Source of the DNA: Vicinamibacterales bacterium
Lineage (GTDB): Bacteria > Acidobacteriota > Vicinamibacteria > Vicinamibacterales > UBA8438
Assembly: GCA_965197395.1 (NCBI GenBank)
Contig: OZ240205.1
Coordinates: forward strand, 1,787,107 to 1,851,106
Length of the DNA stretch: 64,000 nt
Direction: 5' to 3'
Shown here: piece by piece, positions 47,555 through 58,422 of the stretch
Layout of the letters: the number at the start of each line of letters is the position of its first letter
How positions within the stretch are numbered: position 1 is the first letter of the stretch
The notes under the pieces: generated by a model
Told to the model about the DNA's origin: nothing
Seen by the model: the letters and a program-made list of their open reading frames with translations, nothing else
Database searches by the model: none
Made by a program: the position numbers and the translations under genes

Positions 47555-47647
47555 GTGACGCTCCTCCTCAGACTGTCCGCTAAGCATATGATGGACCCGC
47601 AGAGTGGCGGCGTGCAACACGCACGTGGAAAAGAGGGGGCCCTGTTC

Positions 47648-49279
47648 ATGCAGCGACTGGCGATGGTCGTGACGGTGCTGGCGCTCGTGCTCGTTCGACC
47701 GGTGGCCGGCCAGGCGCCCTCGTTTTCTCCCGTGACTTGGGAGCGTCTCGTGAACGCCGCCGCCGAGCCCCACAACTGGCTCATGTACTCGGGGACCTTC
47801 GACAGCCAGCGCTACAGCGGGCTCGACCAGGTCCATAGCCGCAACGTGGGCCAGCTCGAGCTCAGGTGGGCCCATCAGCTGTCGGCGATCGATCGGGCCG
47901 AGACGACGCCGCTCGTCGTGGACGGCGTCATGTTCGTGACCGAGGCCCCGAGCAACGTCGTCGCGCTCGACGCGGCGACCGGGCGGGCGTACTGGCGCTA
48001 CGAGCACGAGCTGCCGGACGACCTCCGGATCTGCTGCGGCCGTAATAATCGGGGCGTCGCGATCCTCGACGAAACGCTCTATATGAGCACGCTGGACGCG
48101 CACCTGGTGGCGATCGACGCGCGGACCGGCAACCTCGTCTGGAACCGAGAAGTCGCTGACCATCGGGGCGGCTACAGCAAGACCGCGGCGCCGCTCATCG
48201 TCAAGGATCGGGTCGTCACCGGCATCGCGGGCGGTGAGTTTGGCATCCGCGGCTTCCTCGACTCGTATCAGGCGGAGACCGGCGACCGCGTGTGGCGGAC
48301 CTACACCATTCCGGGGCCCGATCATCCCGACAACCGCAGCTGGTCGGGTGACTCGTGGCGTACCGGCGGCTCGCCGACCTGGATCACCGGCTCGTACGAC
48401 CCGGATCTCGATCTCGTCTACTGGGGGACGGGGAACCCCGGCCCCGACTACAACGGTGACGTCCGGCTGGGCGATAACCTGTATGCCGATTCGGCACTGG
48501 CGCTCGACGGCGAGACGGGTGAGATGGAGTGGTATTTCCAGTTCACGCCGCATGACGTACATGACTGGGACGCGATCCAGGTGCCGATCCTCGCGGACCT
48601 CGACGTTGCGGGGGAACGGCGCAAGGTGATGATGTGGGCGAACCGCAACGCGTTCTACTACACGATCGATCGCGAAACCGGCGAGTATCTGGTCGGCAAA
48701 CCGTTCGCGCGCCAGACCTGGGCCCAGGGGCTCGACGCCGATGGCCGACCGATCCGCGTGCCCGGCATGTTTCCGAGCGTTGACGGGATCGTGGTCTCGC
48801 CGCCCGCGGCCGGCGCCACCAACTGGATGTCGCCGGCCTATAGCCCGCGGACGGGGTTGTTCTACGTGATGGCGTACGACGGCGAGGCGGAATTCTTCAT
48901 CCGCGATGATGATTACGTCGAAGGCGACCGCTTCATCGGCGGCGGCCAGACGCGACCATTGCCGAGTGACGAGTACACCAGCGCGGTGCGGGCCATCGAT
49001 CCGCGGACCGGTGATCGGCGCTGGGAATACCAAGTCCAGCCGCAGACGTGGGCTGGGCTGTTGACGACCGCCGGTGACCTCGTCTTCGGCGGCAGCGTCG
49101 ACGGCTACTTCTACGCGCTCGACGCCGTCAGCGGCCGCGAGCTGTGGCACATCTCCGTCGGAGCCCAGGTGCGCGCGGGCCCGATGACCTACGCGGTCGA
49201 TGGCGAGCAATACGTCACGATCGCGGCCGGCAACGTCATCTACACCTTCGGTCTCCCGTCTGATAGCGGCGCGCGGTAG
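47648..49279 (+). CDS. PQQ-dependent alcohol/methanol dehydrogenase family protein (Cys-Cys pair, D-W-D)
   Basis: Signal peptide MQRLAMVVTVLALVLV, NWLMYSGTFDSQRYSGLDQ, DDLRICCGRNNRGVA, WYFQFTPHDVHDWDAIQ, GPMTYAVDGEQYV. Confidence 0.9.
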   Translation: MQRLAMVVTVLALVLVRPVAGQAPSFSPVTWERLVNAAAEPHNWLMYSGTFDSQRYSGLDQVHSRNVGQLELRWAHQLSAIDRAETTPLVVDGVMFVTEAPSNVVALDAATGRAYWRYEHELPDDLRICCGRNNRGVAILDETLYMSTLDAHLVAIDARTGNLVWNREVADHRGGYSKTAAPLIVKDRVVTGIAGGEFGIRGFLDSYQAETGDRVWRTYTIPGPDHPDNRSWSGDSWRTGGSPTWITGSYDPDLDLVYWGTGNPGPDYNGDVRLGDNLYADSALALDGETGEMEWYFQFTPHDVHDWDAIQVPILADLDVAGERRKVMMWANRNAFYYTIDRETGEYLVGKPFARQTWAQGLDADGRPIRVPGMFPSVDGIVVSPPAAGATNWMSPAYSPRTGLFYVMAYDGEAEFFIRDDDYVEGDRFIGGGQTRPLPSDEYTSAVRAIDPRTGDRRWEYQVQPQTWAGLLTTAGDLVFGGSVDGYFYALDAVSGRELWHISVGAQVRAGPMTYAVDGEQYVTIAAGNVIYTFGLPSDSGAR

Positions 49280-49492
49280 CGGCCGTCGCGGCCATCGAGC
49301 GGCTGCCGGGTGTCACGGCCGCCGCCACGGTCGACCGGCTTCCCGTGTTCGGGGGAGACCGGACGACGATGGTGACGATCCAGGGCCAGCCGATCCCCAC
49401 GCCGGACGACCAGCCGTGGGCGGTGACAACGGAACCCGGATCGCCCCGTGTCCGTCATCAATGTAGGCCAACGGCGTGCCGGGACGGGGACT

Positions 49493-51967
49493 ATGGCTGT
49501 TCAGCAAACTTTCGACGACGTGCGGCGCGACGTGCGGGACGGGTTCCGTACGTTGATAAAGCGGCCAGCGTTCACGGCGGTGGCGGTCTTGTCGCTGGCG
49601 CTCGGCATCGGTGCCAACACGGCCATCTTCAGCCTCGTCAACGCCATCATCCTCCGCGAGTCGCCGGTGGACCGCCCCGAAGAGGTGGTCAACCTCTACC
49701 TCCACCAGGCGTCGTTCGCCTACAGCACGTTCTCGTACCCCGACTACGAGGACGTGCGCGACGGTACGACCGAGGTCTTCAGCCAGGTCGGTGGCTCGCA
49801 ATTCGTGCCGGCGCAGATCGACCAGAACGAAACCGTCGCGGGGGTGATGGCCGAGGCGGTGACCGGGAACTACTTCCCGATGCTCGGCATCGACGCCGCC
49901 GTCGGACGGACGCTCATTCCAAGCGACGACGTTGCCCGCGGCGGCCACCCGGTCGTGATGCTCGACCACAGCTACTGGCAGAGCGCGTTCGGCGGCGACC
50001 CGGACGTCGTCGGCACCGAGATGCGCATCGCCGGGCGGACGTACACGGTCATCGGCGTGGGCCCGTCGAGCTTTGCGGGCACCATGAGCGGCATGACCCC
50101 CGCGTTCTATGCGCCGTACATGATGGTTGAGGAGCTCATCGGGTCGGGCATGTTCGACGAGCGTGGCAACCACTCCATGTTTCCGAAGGCGCGCCTGCGG
50201 CCGGGCGTGACGCTGCCCCAGGCGGAGGCGGCGGTGGCGGCGGTCGCCACGCAGCTCTCCGAGGATCGCATCGACAACTGGGACCCGGCGGGGCAGTTCG
50301 TGCTCCTCCGTCTCAGCGACGTCCTGATGTTTCCACCCATCGATGTGTTCATCCGGGGCGCCGCGTGGCTGCTGATGGTGGTCGTCGGGCTGGTGCTGCT
50401 CCTGGCGTGCACCAATCTGGCCAGCTTCCTGCTGGCACGTGCGCTCGACCGGCGCAAGGACATCGCCGTCCGCCTCGCGCTCGGTGCCACTCGGGCATCG
50501 CTTGTCCGCCGGCTGTTGACGGAAACGACACTGCTGAGTCTGGTTGCGGGCGGCGTTGGCATCGTGATCGCCGTCGGTCTCCTCAACCTCCTGATGAACG
50601 CCGACTTCCCGCTGCCCCTGGGGATGCAGCTCACGTTCGATCTGGGTCTCGATAGGACCGTGCTGGCGTTCACGCTGGGCGTGTCGGTCGTGGCGGGCGC
50701 CCTGCTCGGCCTGGTACCGGCGCTGCAGAGCACGCGCCCCGATGTCGCCTCGACCCTGAAGAGCGAGACGACGGGTGGCGGGCAGCCGGGGCAGCTCCGA
50801 TGGCGCAACGCGCTCGTCGTGACGCAATTGACGGTATCGCTGGTGCTCCTGGTGGGCGCCGGCTTGTTCCTCCGGAGCTTCCAGCAGGCGCAGCTGGTCG
50901 ACCCCGGCTTCGGTCGCGAGCCGTCTGCCCTCATGACGTTCATGGTGCCGGCCACGAGGTTCACGCCGGACGAGGGACGGGTCTACACTCGTCGGCTGTT
51001 CGATCGGTTTCGGGAGCTGCCGGGCATTGAGGCGATTGGCCTCATCGACAACCTGCACCTGACGACGACCAGCACGCAGTCGAGCGACTTCAACGTCGAC
51101 GGCCACGAGCCGCCGTCGGATCACGGGGCGTTCATCGCCGATCGGGCCGAGGTCGACGTCGGCTTCTTTGACGCCGCCGGAATCCAGATCCTCCGCGGCC
51201 GCGGCTTCAATGACGCCGACCTGCCCGACAGCCAGCCGGTCGCGATCATCAGCGACGCAATGGCACAGCGCTTTTGGAAAGACGGCGACGCGGTCGGGAG
51301 GCAGTTCCGCCGGCGCGGCGACCAGCCTCCGGTTCTGGTCGTCGGCGTGGCGAGCGACGCCAAGGTGCGGACGCTCGGCGAGGCCCCGCGCAACATGATC
51401 TATCTCCCGTATTCGCAGGTCTTCTCGCGTTTCCTGACCGTCGTCGCGCGGACGTCGGCCGACCCGGAACAGACGACGCTCGCGCTGGTGGCCGCCGGTC
51501 GCGAGGTCGATCCCGATATCCGCATCTGGGAAGCAAAGACGATGGACCAGCATCTGGCGCTGATGCGGCTGCCGCAGCGGCTGTCCGCCTTTGTCCTCTC
51601 CGCCTTTGGGGTGCTGGCGCTCGCGCTGGCCGCCATCGGGCTCTACGGTGTGGTCAGCTACGCCGTTGCCCAGCGCACGCGCGAGGTGGGGATCCGGATG
51701 GCGCTCGGTGCCGGCAACGGCGCCGTGGTGCGCTTGATGGCATCGACCGGACTGCGCCTCGTCGCGGTCGGCAGCGCGATCGGTTTGCTTGCGGCGTTTG
51801 TCGTGACGCGCTTGCTGAGTGGCCTCTTGTTCGCCGTCGACACGGTGGACCCGGTGACGTTCATCGGCGTGCCCGTCGTCCTGGGCGCCACGGCGCTCGT
51901 CGCCGCGCTGCTGCCAGCGCTTCGAGCGAGCCGGATCAACCCCGTGACAGCCCTGCGCACCGAGTGA
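49493..51967 (+). CDS. ADOP-family duplicated ABC permease (MacB-like/FtsX x2)
   Basis: DVRDGFRTLIKRPAFTAVAVLSLALGIGANTAIFSLVNAIIL at the N-terminus. Two FtsX-like 4-TM modules. C-terminus ...RASRINPVTALRTE. Confidence 0.9.
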   Translation: MAVQQTFDDVRRDVRDGFRTLIKRPAFTAVAVLSLALGIGANTAIFSLVNAIILRESPVDRPEEVVNLYLHQASFAYSTFSYPDYEDVRDGTTEVFSQVGGSQFVPAQIDQNETVAGVMAEAVTGNYFPMLGIDAAVGRTLIPSDDVARGGHPVVMLDHSYWQSAFGGDPDVVGTEMRIAGRTYTVIGVGPSSFAGTMSGMTPAFYAPYMMVEELIGSGMFDERGNHSMFPKARLRPGVTLPQAEAAVAAVATQLSEDRIDNWDPAGQFVLLRLSDVLMFPPIDVFIRGAAWLLMVVVGLVLLLACTNLASFLLARALDRRKDIAVRLALGATRASLVRRLLTETTLLSLVAGGVGIVIAVGLLNLLMNADFPLPLGMQLTFDLGLDRTVLAFTLGVSVVAGALLGLVPALQSTRPDVASTLKSETTGGGQPGQLRWRNALVVTQLTVSLVLLVGAGLFLRSFQQAQLVDPGFGREPSALMTFMVPATRFTPDEGRVYTRRLFDRFRELPGIEAIGLIDNLHLTTTSTQSSDFNVDGHEPPSDHGAFIADRAEVDVGFFDAAGIQILRGRGFNDADLPDSQPVAIISDAMAQRFWKDGDAVGRQFRRRGDQPPVLVVGVASDAKVRTLGEAPRNMIYLPYSQVFSRFLTVVARTSADPEQTTLALVAAGREVDPDIRIWEAKTMDQHLALMRLPQRLSAFVLSAFGVLALALAAIGLYGVVSYAVAQRTREVGIRMALGAGNGAVVRLMASTGLRLVAVGSAIGLLAAFVVTRLLSGLLFAVDTVDPVTFIGVPVVLGATALVAALLPALRASRINPVTALRTE

Positions 51968-52695
51968 CAGGGGAGCCGACCCCGCGCCGCCGCTTCGCGA
52001 CCACGCACTGGAGCGTGGTGCGCGCTGCCGGTGGCACGCCCTCTGCGGGTTCGGCGCGCGCCCTGGCCACGCTGTGCGCCGAGTATTGGTATCCGCTCTA
52101 TGCCTACGTGCGCCGGCGCGGTCACGACGCCGACGATGCGCGCGATCTGACGCAGTCGTTCTTCGCCAAGTTGCTCGAGGGCCGGGACCTGGCGGCGGCG
52201 GATCCGGCGCGCGGTCGGTTCAGGACCTTTCTCCTCAGCTCGATGAAGAACTTCCTGGCAGGGGAATGGCGCCGAGAAACGACGCTCAAACGGGGCGGCG
52301 GGGCGGAGACGCTGTCGATCGATATCGACGGTGCGGAGGCACGCTACGGCCTCGAGGCGACCCATCAGCTGAGTCCCGAAGCGATCTACGAGCGCCGATG
52401 GGCGCTGGGCCTGCTGGACCGAGCGGTGTCCGACCTCCGGTTGCACTACGTGCAGTCCGGCAAAGGCGACCTCTTCGACGCGCTTCAGGGCTATGTCGGC
52501 GCCGGGGACGACGCCCTGCCGTATAGAGAGCTGGCCGAGCGCCTGGGTCAGAGCCCGGGTGCGCTCCGCACGGCGGTCTCCCGACTGCGGCGTCGCTGGC
52601 GTGATCGGCTACGCGAGCTGATTGCGGAGACCGTCGCGGACGCCGACGACGTCGATGACGAGCTCCGGAGCCTGCTCGAGACGCTGGCGCCGTGA
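51964..52695 (+). CDS. ECF sigma factor of the Ser/Thr-kinase-associated type
   Basis: GTG 51964 overlaps the permease stop (GTGA). FATTHWSVVRAA ... LCAEYWYPLYAYVRRRGHDADDARDLTQSFFAKLLE ... YRELAERLGQSPGALRTAVSRLRRRWR. Confidence 0.8.
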   Translation: MTGEPTPRRRFATTHWSVVRAAGGTPSAGSARALATLCAEYWYPLYAYVRRRGHDADDARDLTQSFFAKLLEGRDLAAADPARGRFRTFLLSSMKNFLAGEWRRETTLKRGGGAETLSIDIDGAEARYGLEATHQLSPEAIYERRWALGLLDRAVSDLRLHYVQSGKGDLFDALQGYVGAGDDALPYRELAERLGQSPGALRTAVSRLRRRWRDRLRELIAETVADADDVDDELRSLLETLAP

Positions 52696-52812
52696 GCGCG
52701 AGCTACCTCGCGATCACGCCGCTGACGCGGACATCGTCGCCGGGTGTGTAACACTTCCATCGTGTTCGCGTAGAACCAGGTGACGGGCGGGCGTGCCGCC
52801 CCGCGAGCGACG

Positions 52813-54354
52813 ATGACCGAGCCCCGAATTTGCCCGACGTGTAAGGCCGAGATTCCCGCCGACGCCCCACCGGGCGTCTGCCCCTTCTGCGCGCTCCGCG
52901 CGGGGTATCGGCGGGAAGCGACGACCCTGCCCGGGTCCGGCGCCTCCGAGGCGCCGCCGCTGTCACCCGAGGAGCTGAGCCGGCGGTTGCCGGAGCTCGA
53001 GGAGTTCAGCCTGATTGGTCCGGGCGGCATGGGTACCGTCTACCGCGCCCGCCACCGGGAGCTCGAGCGGCCGGTCGCCGTGAAGGTGATCCACGCGCAC
53101 CTCCTCGAGCGCGAGGGGTTTCGAGACCGATTCGCTCGCGAAGCGCGTACGCTGGCACGGCTGGACCATCCGAACATCGTCAAGGTCTACGACTTTGGGC
53201 AGCGCGAGCGTCTCTACTATTTGATCATGGAGCTGGTCGATGGCGTCACGCTGCGTCAAGCCATCGACGAGGGCGCCATCGAGCCGAAGGAGGCGCTGTC
53301 GCTAGTGCCTCGGATCTGCGAGGCGCTGCAATACGCGCACGACCAGGGAATCGTGCACCGCGACATCAAGCCCGACAACATCCTGCTCGATCGACAGGGC
53401 GCGCTGAAGATCGCCGACTTCGGGCTGGCGAAGCTCGTCGGGACGGCAACAGAACCCCGCCTCACCCGCACGGAACAGGTGATGGGCACGCCCCACTACA
53501 TGGCGCCCGAACAGATCGAGACGCCTGCTCACGTCGACCATCGGGCGGACATCTACGCCCTCGGCGTCGTGTTCTACGAGATGTTGACAGGCGAGCTGCC
53601 CGTCGGGCGGTTTCCGCGACCCTCGAAGCGCGTGGGTATCGATGTGCGCCTCGATCGGGTCGTGCTGCGCACGCTGGAGAAGCAGCCAAGTCTACGGTAT
53701 CAGCGTGCTCGCGACTTGAAGACAGAGGTCGAAGCGCTGTCCGATCCGGACCACACGCCAACGGCACACGCGCGCCGCTCGCCCGGTGAGCGCGACGGCG
53801 CGTCGGATGACGACCTGTGGGGGTCGGCGTATCTCGGCTCGATCGGGGACGAGAGTGAGTGGGATTCAGAGATGCTCTGGAGCCGGCGGTCTCGCGGCTA
53901 CGAGTATCGGTCGGAGAAGACGCTCTGGGGACTGCCCCTCATCCATGTCCTCTTCAGCGCCGACCGGATGGGGGTCGCGCGCGGCGTCGTTGCGATCGGC
54001 GAACGGGCCGTCGGGTTGGTGGCCGTTGGAGGCATGGCGGTCGGTGGTATCACGTTGGGTGGTATCAGCCTCGGCCTCTTCAGCCTCGGGGGTATCGCGC
54101 TCGGCCTTCTGGTCGGCCTCGGTGGTTTGGCGTTCGGCGGTATCGCCGCCGGCGGCGTAGCGATGGGGTTGGCCGCGACCGGCGCGGAGGCCCGGAGCTT
54201 CCTCGATCTCTCGGCAGAGAATGTCGAGCAGGTCGGGTTCGTCGCGTGGGCAGTGGGTACGGCTGCGTCCTTCGTGGCCGTCGCCGCGGTGCTGATGTGG
54301 CTCACCGCGACCGGCGGCCGGGCTCGCGGCAAGACTAGTCGGAAGGCAGGCTGA
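52813..54354 (+). CDS. Ser/Thr protein kinase with N-terminal zinc ribbon and Gly-rich polytopic C-terminus
   Basis: [55 protein letters not shown]. The tail is made of GG-x3-GG repeats ([22 protein letters not shown]...). Confidence 0.85.
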   Translation: MTEPRICPTCKAEIPADAPPGVCPFCALRAGYRREATTLPGSGASEAPPLSPEELSRRLPELEEFSLIGPGGMGTVYRARHRELERPVAVKVIHAHLLEREGFRDRFAREARTLARLDHPNIVKVYDFGQRERLYYLIMELVDGVTLRQAIDEGAIEPKEALSLVPRICEALQYAHDQGIVHRDIKPDNILLDRQGALKIADFGLAKLVGTATEPRLTRTEQVMGTPHYMAPEQIETPAHVDHRADIYALGVVFYEMLTGELPVGRFPRPSKRVGIDVRLDRVVLRTLEKQPSLRYQRARDLKTEVEALSDPDHTPTAHARRSPGERDGASDDDLWGSAYLGSIGDESEWDSEMLWSRRSRGYEYRSEKTLWGLPLIHVLFSADRMGVARGVVAIGERAVGLVAVGGMAVGGITLGGISLGLFSLGGIALGLLVGLGGLAFGGIAAGGVAMGLAATGAEARSFLDLSAENVEQVGFVAWAVGTAASFVAVAAVLMWLTATGGRARGKTSRKAG

Positions 54355-56383
54355 ACGCGAGCAGCTCTCCGGAATAGACGCCGCCGCTGATGGCAACGAC
54401 GATGTACTGCTTGCCGTCCAGCATGTAGGTCATCGGCGACCCGCTCTGCGGCGCCGGCATATACACCGCGCCGACCTCGACCCCAGACGCCTTGTCATAG
54501 GCGCGCAGCATCGCGCCACGCCCATCGGGCGTCGTGTTGTAGTCCGCCTCACCAGCGATCAGGAGCGTCGAGGTCACCAGGGTCCCGACGCTGCCCGGCC
54601 GGCCGGTGCGTGGGAGATCACGGTCACGGAGCGCCGGGTGATTCTTGACCCGGTCAGGCGTCGCGCCGTGCGCGATCTGCCAGAGGATCTCACCCCGGTC
54701 CATGTCGATGGCGCTGATCCGTCCGTAGGGGGGTTTCAGGAGCGGCAGCCCCTGGACGCTCAGGTTGACGAGTCTTCGGTCCCCGCGCGGCGCGGAGCCC
54801 GCACTCGCCCCCGTCCGACCGCCGCCGGCCGCTGAACCGGCACCGCCGGTGCGGCGCGGGCCGGTGATCGCGTTGCCCTGGATGTACTCCATGTCCGACT
54901 GGCCGGGGTCAGGTGGGACGATGCCGAGACCCCCGAGCGAGCTGTTGGATGACACATAGAGGATGTGGGTCTCCGGGTCGTACGACCCCCCTGGCCAGTT
55001 CGTGCCGCCGCCCGCCGCTGGCGCCATGAGTATCCCGAGCGGGCCGTCCAGTTGGCTGACCACCGGTGGGGTGAAGATCGGCCCGATCGTGTAATGCGAC
55101 GCGAGCTCCACGGCTTGGGCGCGGAGCTCTGGCGTGAAGTCGATCAGGTCGTCGATCGTCACACCCTGACGGTCGTAGGCGGGCGGCCGGGTGGGGAACG
55201 GCTGCGTCGGGGAATACCATTCGCCCGGCACGTCACCCGCGGGCACCGGTCGCTCTTCGATGGGCCAGATCGGCTCGCCGGTCTCCCGGTTGAAGACGTA
55301 GAGGAACGCCTGTTTGGTCGGTTGCGCCACGGCTTTCACCGTTCGGCCGTTCAGCGTGATGTCGATGAGGATCGGTGCACAGGGAATGTCGTGGTCCCAG
55401 ATGCCGTGGTGAACGAGCTGGAAGTGCCAGCGCCGTTCGCCCGTCTGGAGGTCGACCGCGACCAGGCTTTCGCCGAACAGGTTGTTGCCTGGCCGATTGG
55501 CGCCGAAGTAGTCGCCCGTTGGCGCCTCGACCGGCAAATAGACGAGTCCAAGCTCCTCGTCGACCGAGATCTGCGCCCAGACCCCCGCGTTGCCGGTGTA
55601 CTCGGCGGAATCGCTCAACCAGGTGTCGCGGCCGTACTCGCCCGGCAGCGGGATGGTGTGAAAAATCCACAGACGCTCCCCGGTTCGCACGTCGTAGCCG
55701 CGGACATACCCCTTCACGTTGCGCCGGCTGCGCGGATTGCCGCCCGTGCGATGGGCCGCGCCGACGATCACCACGTCGTTCGCCACGATGGGTGTCGCGT
55801 GCAGCCCGACCTCGCCGGTGATCGGATCGATCTGCTGGTCGTATTCGCGCTTCAGGTCGACGAGACCGTCCTCGCCGAACTCGGGAACAGGACGGCCCGT
55901 CCGTGTGTCGAGCGCGATCAAGCGGTAGCCTGGTGTGACGTAGAGGATGCGCGCGTCCGCGCCGTCGCCCCGCCCGTCCCAGTAGGCGAGCCCCCGACCC
56001 GACAGCCGCCGCGGCGCGGCCTCGCCACGCGCGCCCTCGTCGAGGCTGTAGACCCACGTCAACTCACCCGTGGCCGCGTCGAGGGCCACGACCGCACGCC
56101 GCGATCCGGCCGTCGAATACATGACGCCGTTCACCATCAGCGGTGTGGATTCGAATCGGAACTCAGGACGCGGACCCAGATTGTCGGTCTTGAATCGCCA
56201 CGCGACCTCCAGGTCGCCGAAGTTGTCCGAGGTGATCTGATCGAGCGGGGCGTAACGCGTGTGGCCGAGATCGCCGCCGTAGGTTGGCCACTCGCCGTTC
56301 GCGGCACCGGTTTGCGCGGTGACCACTCCCGCGCTCAGGAGGCAGGCGGTCACGATACCCGTCGCCGCCAGGGTGTGCGTCAT
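54335..56383 (-). CDS. PQQ-dependent dehydrogenase, glucose/quinate/shikimate-dehydrogenase-like, soluble (signal peptide only)
   Basis: Start chosen at [24 protein letters not shown] (ATG 56381-56383). [51 protein letters not shown]. Confidence 0.85.
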   Translation of the reverse strand: MTHTLAATGIVTACLLSAGVVTAQTGAANGEWPTYGGDLGHTRYAPLDQITSDNFGDLEVAWRFKTDNLGPRPEFRFESTPLMVNGVMYSTAGSRRAVVALDAATGELTWVYSLDEGARGEAAPRRLSGRGLAYWDGRGDGADARILYVTPGYRLIALDTRTGRPVPEFGEDGLVDLKREYDQQIDPITGEVGLHATPIVANDVVIVGAAHRTGGNPRSRRNVKGYVRGYDVRTGERLWIFHTIPLPGEYGRDTWLSDSAEYTGNAGVWAQISVDEELGLVYLPVEAPTGDYFGANRPGNNLFGESLVAVDLQTGERRWHFQLVHHGIWDHDIPCAPILIDITLNGRTVKAVAQPTKQAFLYVFNRETGEPIWPIEERPVPAGDVPGEWYSPTQPFPTRPPAYDRQGVTIDDLIDFTPELRAQAVELASHYTIGPIFTPPVVSQLDGPLGILMAPAAGGGTNWPGGSYDPETHILYVSSNSSLGGLGIVPPDPGQSDMEYIQGNAITGPRRTGGAGSAAGGGRTGASAGSAPRGDRRLVNLSVQGLPLLKPPYGRISAIDMDRGEILWQIAHGATPDRVKNHPALRDRDLPRTGRPGSVGTLVTSTLLIAGEADYNTTPDGRGAMLRAYDKASGVEVGAVYMPAPQSGSPMTYMLDGKQYIVVAISGGVYSGELLAFSLPSD

Positions 56384-56708
56384 TGTCGTGGTCGTGCGTC
56401 GGTCACCGGGCCAACGGTGGATCGAGCAGTGCGGGATCCACCAGGCAGCACCACCGGCAGCAGCGCCTGCCCCGCAGAGGCCGCCTGTCCGACCTCGGCT
56501 CGCGGCTCGCGCCCGAGCGCTGCCACTGGCCAGAGCGAGACCGGGGCCGCCAAGCCCAGCACGATCCAGACCTTCGCTGCGCACGGACTGCGTTTCCGTC
56601 TCATAGCGCTCTCGACTGGTCTCTTCAGAGTCACGTGATTTCCGGAATATAGGCGAATGCCGGGCCCCATTCAACCAGCCCGCACGAACCGGCGGATGGG
56701 CCGTCGTG

Positions 56709-58418
56709 TCAATCGCGAAGCGCGAACGCCACGAGCGAGTGCCCGGAGATGGTGGCGACATACTGCTTCCCCGCCACCTCATAGGCCATCGGACCGTTGA
56801 CGATCTGCCCGCCCAGATTCGCCTTCCAGAGCAGTTCGCCGGTCCGGGCGTCCAGCGCCTGGAAGTAGCCCTCCCGCGAGCCGGTGAACAGCAGGTCCGA
56901 CGCCGTCGTCAGGATGCCGCTCGAGCTGACGTCGGTCGTCTCGAACACCCACTTGCGCTCACCCGTCACGGCGTCCAGGGCGACGACCGCGCCGTGACCA
57001 GCGGCGTCGGTCCACGTGTTCAGGGGACCGCGGCTGAGGCCGGGCACCGTCGGCGCGCCCGGCACCGGCGCATGGCCCGTCGGGGCGCCCCCGATGAACG
57101 CCCGGCCCGGTGAGTACTCCTGCGCCGCTTCGTTGAAGACCGAGCCGTAGTCTTCCCACGCCGAGACGTAGAAGAGCTCCGTGCGCGGGCTATACGACGG
57201 CGAGTACCAATTCGTCCCGCCCTGGACGCCAGGGAAGGTGGGCTCGCCGGGTGGCTGCGGCGTTTCGACCGGTCGCCCGCTGTCGTCCAGGCTTTCGGCC
57301 CAGTTGACCGTCACGAAGGGGCGCCCGGTGAGGAACCGGCCGGTGGCCCGGTCGAGGATGTAGTAGAAGCCGTTCCGGTTGCCCCAGACCATCAGCTTGA
57401 ACTGCACGCCGTTCCGCTCGATATCGATCAGCACCGGGATCTGCACCGCGTCATAGTCGTACGGGTCGTCCGGCGTGAACTGGAAATGCCACCGCAGCTC
57501 GCCGGTGTCGGCATCGAGCGCCACGACCGAGTCGGTGTACAGGTTGTCGCCGGGACGCTGACTCGCGTTGAAGTCGGGACCCGGGTTGCCGATGCCCCAG
57601 TACGTCAGGTTGAGCACGGGGTCGTAGGACCCGGTGATCCAGACCGCGCCGCCGCCATGCCTCCACGCCTCGGGGTCGCAGTAGGCGGTGGCCGGGGTCG
57701 GGCAGGGCTCCCACGTCTCGTGACCGGGCTCTCCCGGCCCAGGAATCGTGTAGAACCGCCATGCCTCCTCGCCGGTCTCGGTATCGTACGCGGCGATGAA
57801 CCCGCGGATGCCGTAGTCCCCACCGCTGGTGCCGACGATCACCTTGTCCTTGACCGCCAGCGGCGCGTGGGTGAGCGCGTAGGCGGACGCCTTGTCGGCG
57901 ACCTCGACGTTCCAGAGCTCACCACCGGTCACGGCGTCGATCGCCACGAGATGCGCGTCGAGCGTGGCCAAAAACACCGTATCGCCCATGACAGCGACGC
58001 CGCGGTTGTTCGACCCGCAGCAGGCCCTGTGGTCGGACGGCGTCGGGTAGCGGTAAATCCAGAAGACCCGGCCGGTCCGCGCATCGAGCGCCACGACGTC
58101 GTTGGGCCGCTGGGTGACGTACATGATGCCGTCCACCACGAGCGGTGTCGCCTGCCACGGTCCAAAGACCCGGGCCTGGTAGACCCACTGCTGCTCGAGG
58201 GTGGCGACATTGTCGGGCGACACCTGGTCGAGCTCGCTGAAGCGCTGGCTCCCATAGCCGCCGGAATAGGTCAGCCAGTTCTGCGGCTCGTCGGCCGCCT
58301 GGCGTAGCCGCTCGTCGGAGACCTGCGCGGTCGGGTTCTCGGCCGACACGAGCACGAGCAGAATCAGGATCGAGAGGAGGCGCCGCCCGGTCGCACCGGG
58401 TGCCATGGTCGACGTCAC
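56709..58418 (-). CDS. PQQ-dependent alcohol/methanol dehydrogenase family protein (Cys-Cys pair, D-Y-D)
   Basis: NWLTYSGGYGSQRFSELDQ, SDHRACCGSNNRGVA, WHFQFTPDDPYDYDAVQ, GPMAYEVAGKQYV. Confidence 0.9.
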   Translation of the reverse strand: MTSTMAPGATGRRLLSILILLVLVSAENPTAQVSDERLRQAADEPQNWLTYSGGYGSQRFSELDQVSPDNVATLEQQWVYQARVFGPWQATPLVVDGIMYVTQRPNDVVALDARTGRVFWIYRYPTPSDHRACCGSNNRGVAVMGDTVFLATLDAHLVAIDAVTGGELWNVEVADKASAYALTHAPLAVKDKVIVGTSGGDYGIRGFIAAYDTETGEEAWRFYTIPGPGEPGHETWEPCPTPATAYCDPEAWRHGGGAVWITGSYDPVLNLTYWGIGNPGPDFNASQRPGDNLYTDSVVALDADTGELRWHFQFTPDDPYDYDAVQIPVLIDIERNGVQFKLMVWGNRNGFYYILDRATGRFLTGRPFVTVNWAESLDDSGRPVETPQPPGEPTFPGVQGGTNWYSPSYSPRTELFYVSAWEDYGSVFNEAAQEYSPGRAFIGGAPTGHAPVPGAPTVPGLSRGPLNTWTDAAGHGAVVALDAVTGERKWVFETTDVSSSGILTTASDLLFTGSREGYFQALDARTGELLWKANLGGQIVNGPMAYEVAGKQYVATISGHSLVAFALRD

Positions 58419-58422
58419 CCTG

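Noticed and set aside
47555-49210. N-terminal ~550 aa of the 891-aa minus-strand ORF 46535..49210
   Set aside because: It is antisense to a well-supported PQQ dehydrogenase (47648..49279). It is Arg/Pro/Val-rich with no motifs. The family gene has a clean signal-peptide start at 47554. This is a typical high-GC antisense ORF.
49313-51553. 746-aa minus-strand ORF
   Set aside because: Antisense to the ADOP permease. It has Arg/Asp/His-rich low-information composition and no recognisable domain.
53990-54200. Periodic GG-rich DNA near the 3' end of the kinase gene
   Set aside because: It encodes Gly-zipper transmembrane repeats (GG-x3-GG) in frame. It is not a non-coding repeat or a CRISPR array.
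54965-56638. 557-aa plus-strand ORF
   Set aside because: Antisense to the GDH-like PQQ enzyme. No motifs.
56384-56782. 133-aa N-terminal extension of ORF 54335..56782
   Set aside because: It overlaps the 3' end of the upstream PQQ gene and is compositionally non-protein-like. An internal Met followed by a classic signal peptide ([24 protein letters not shown]) is the better start.
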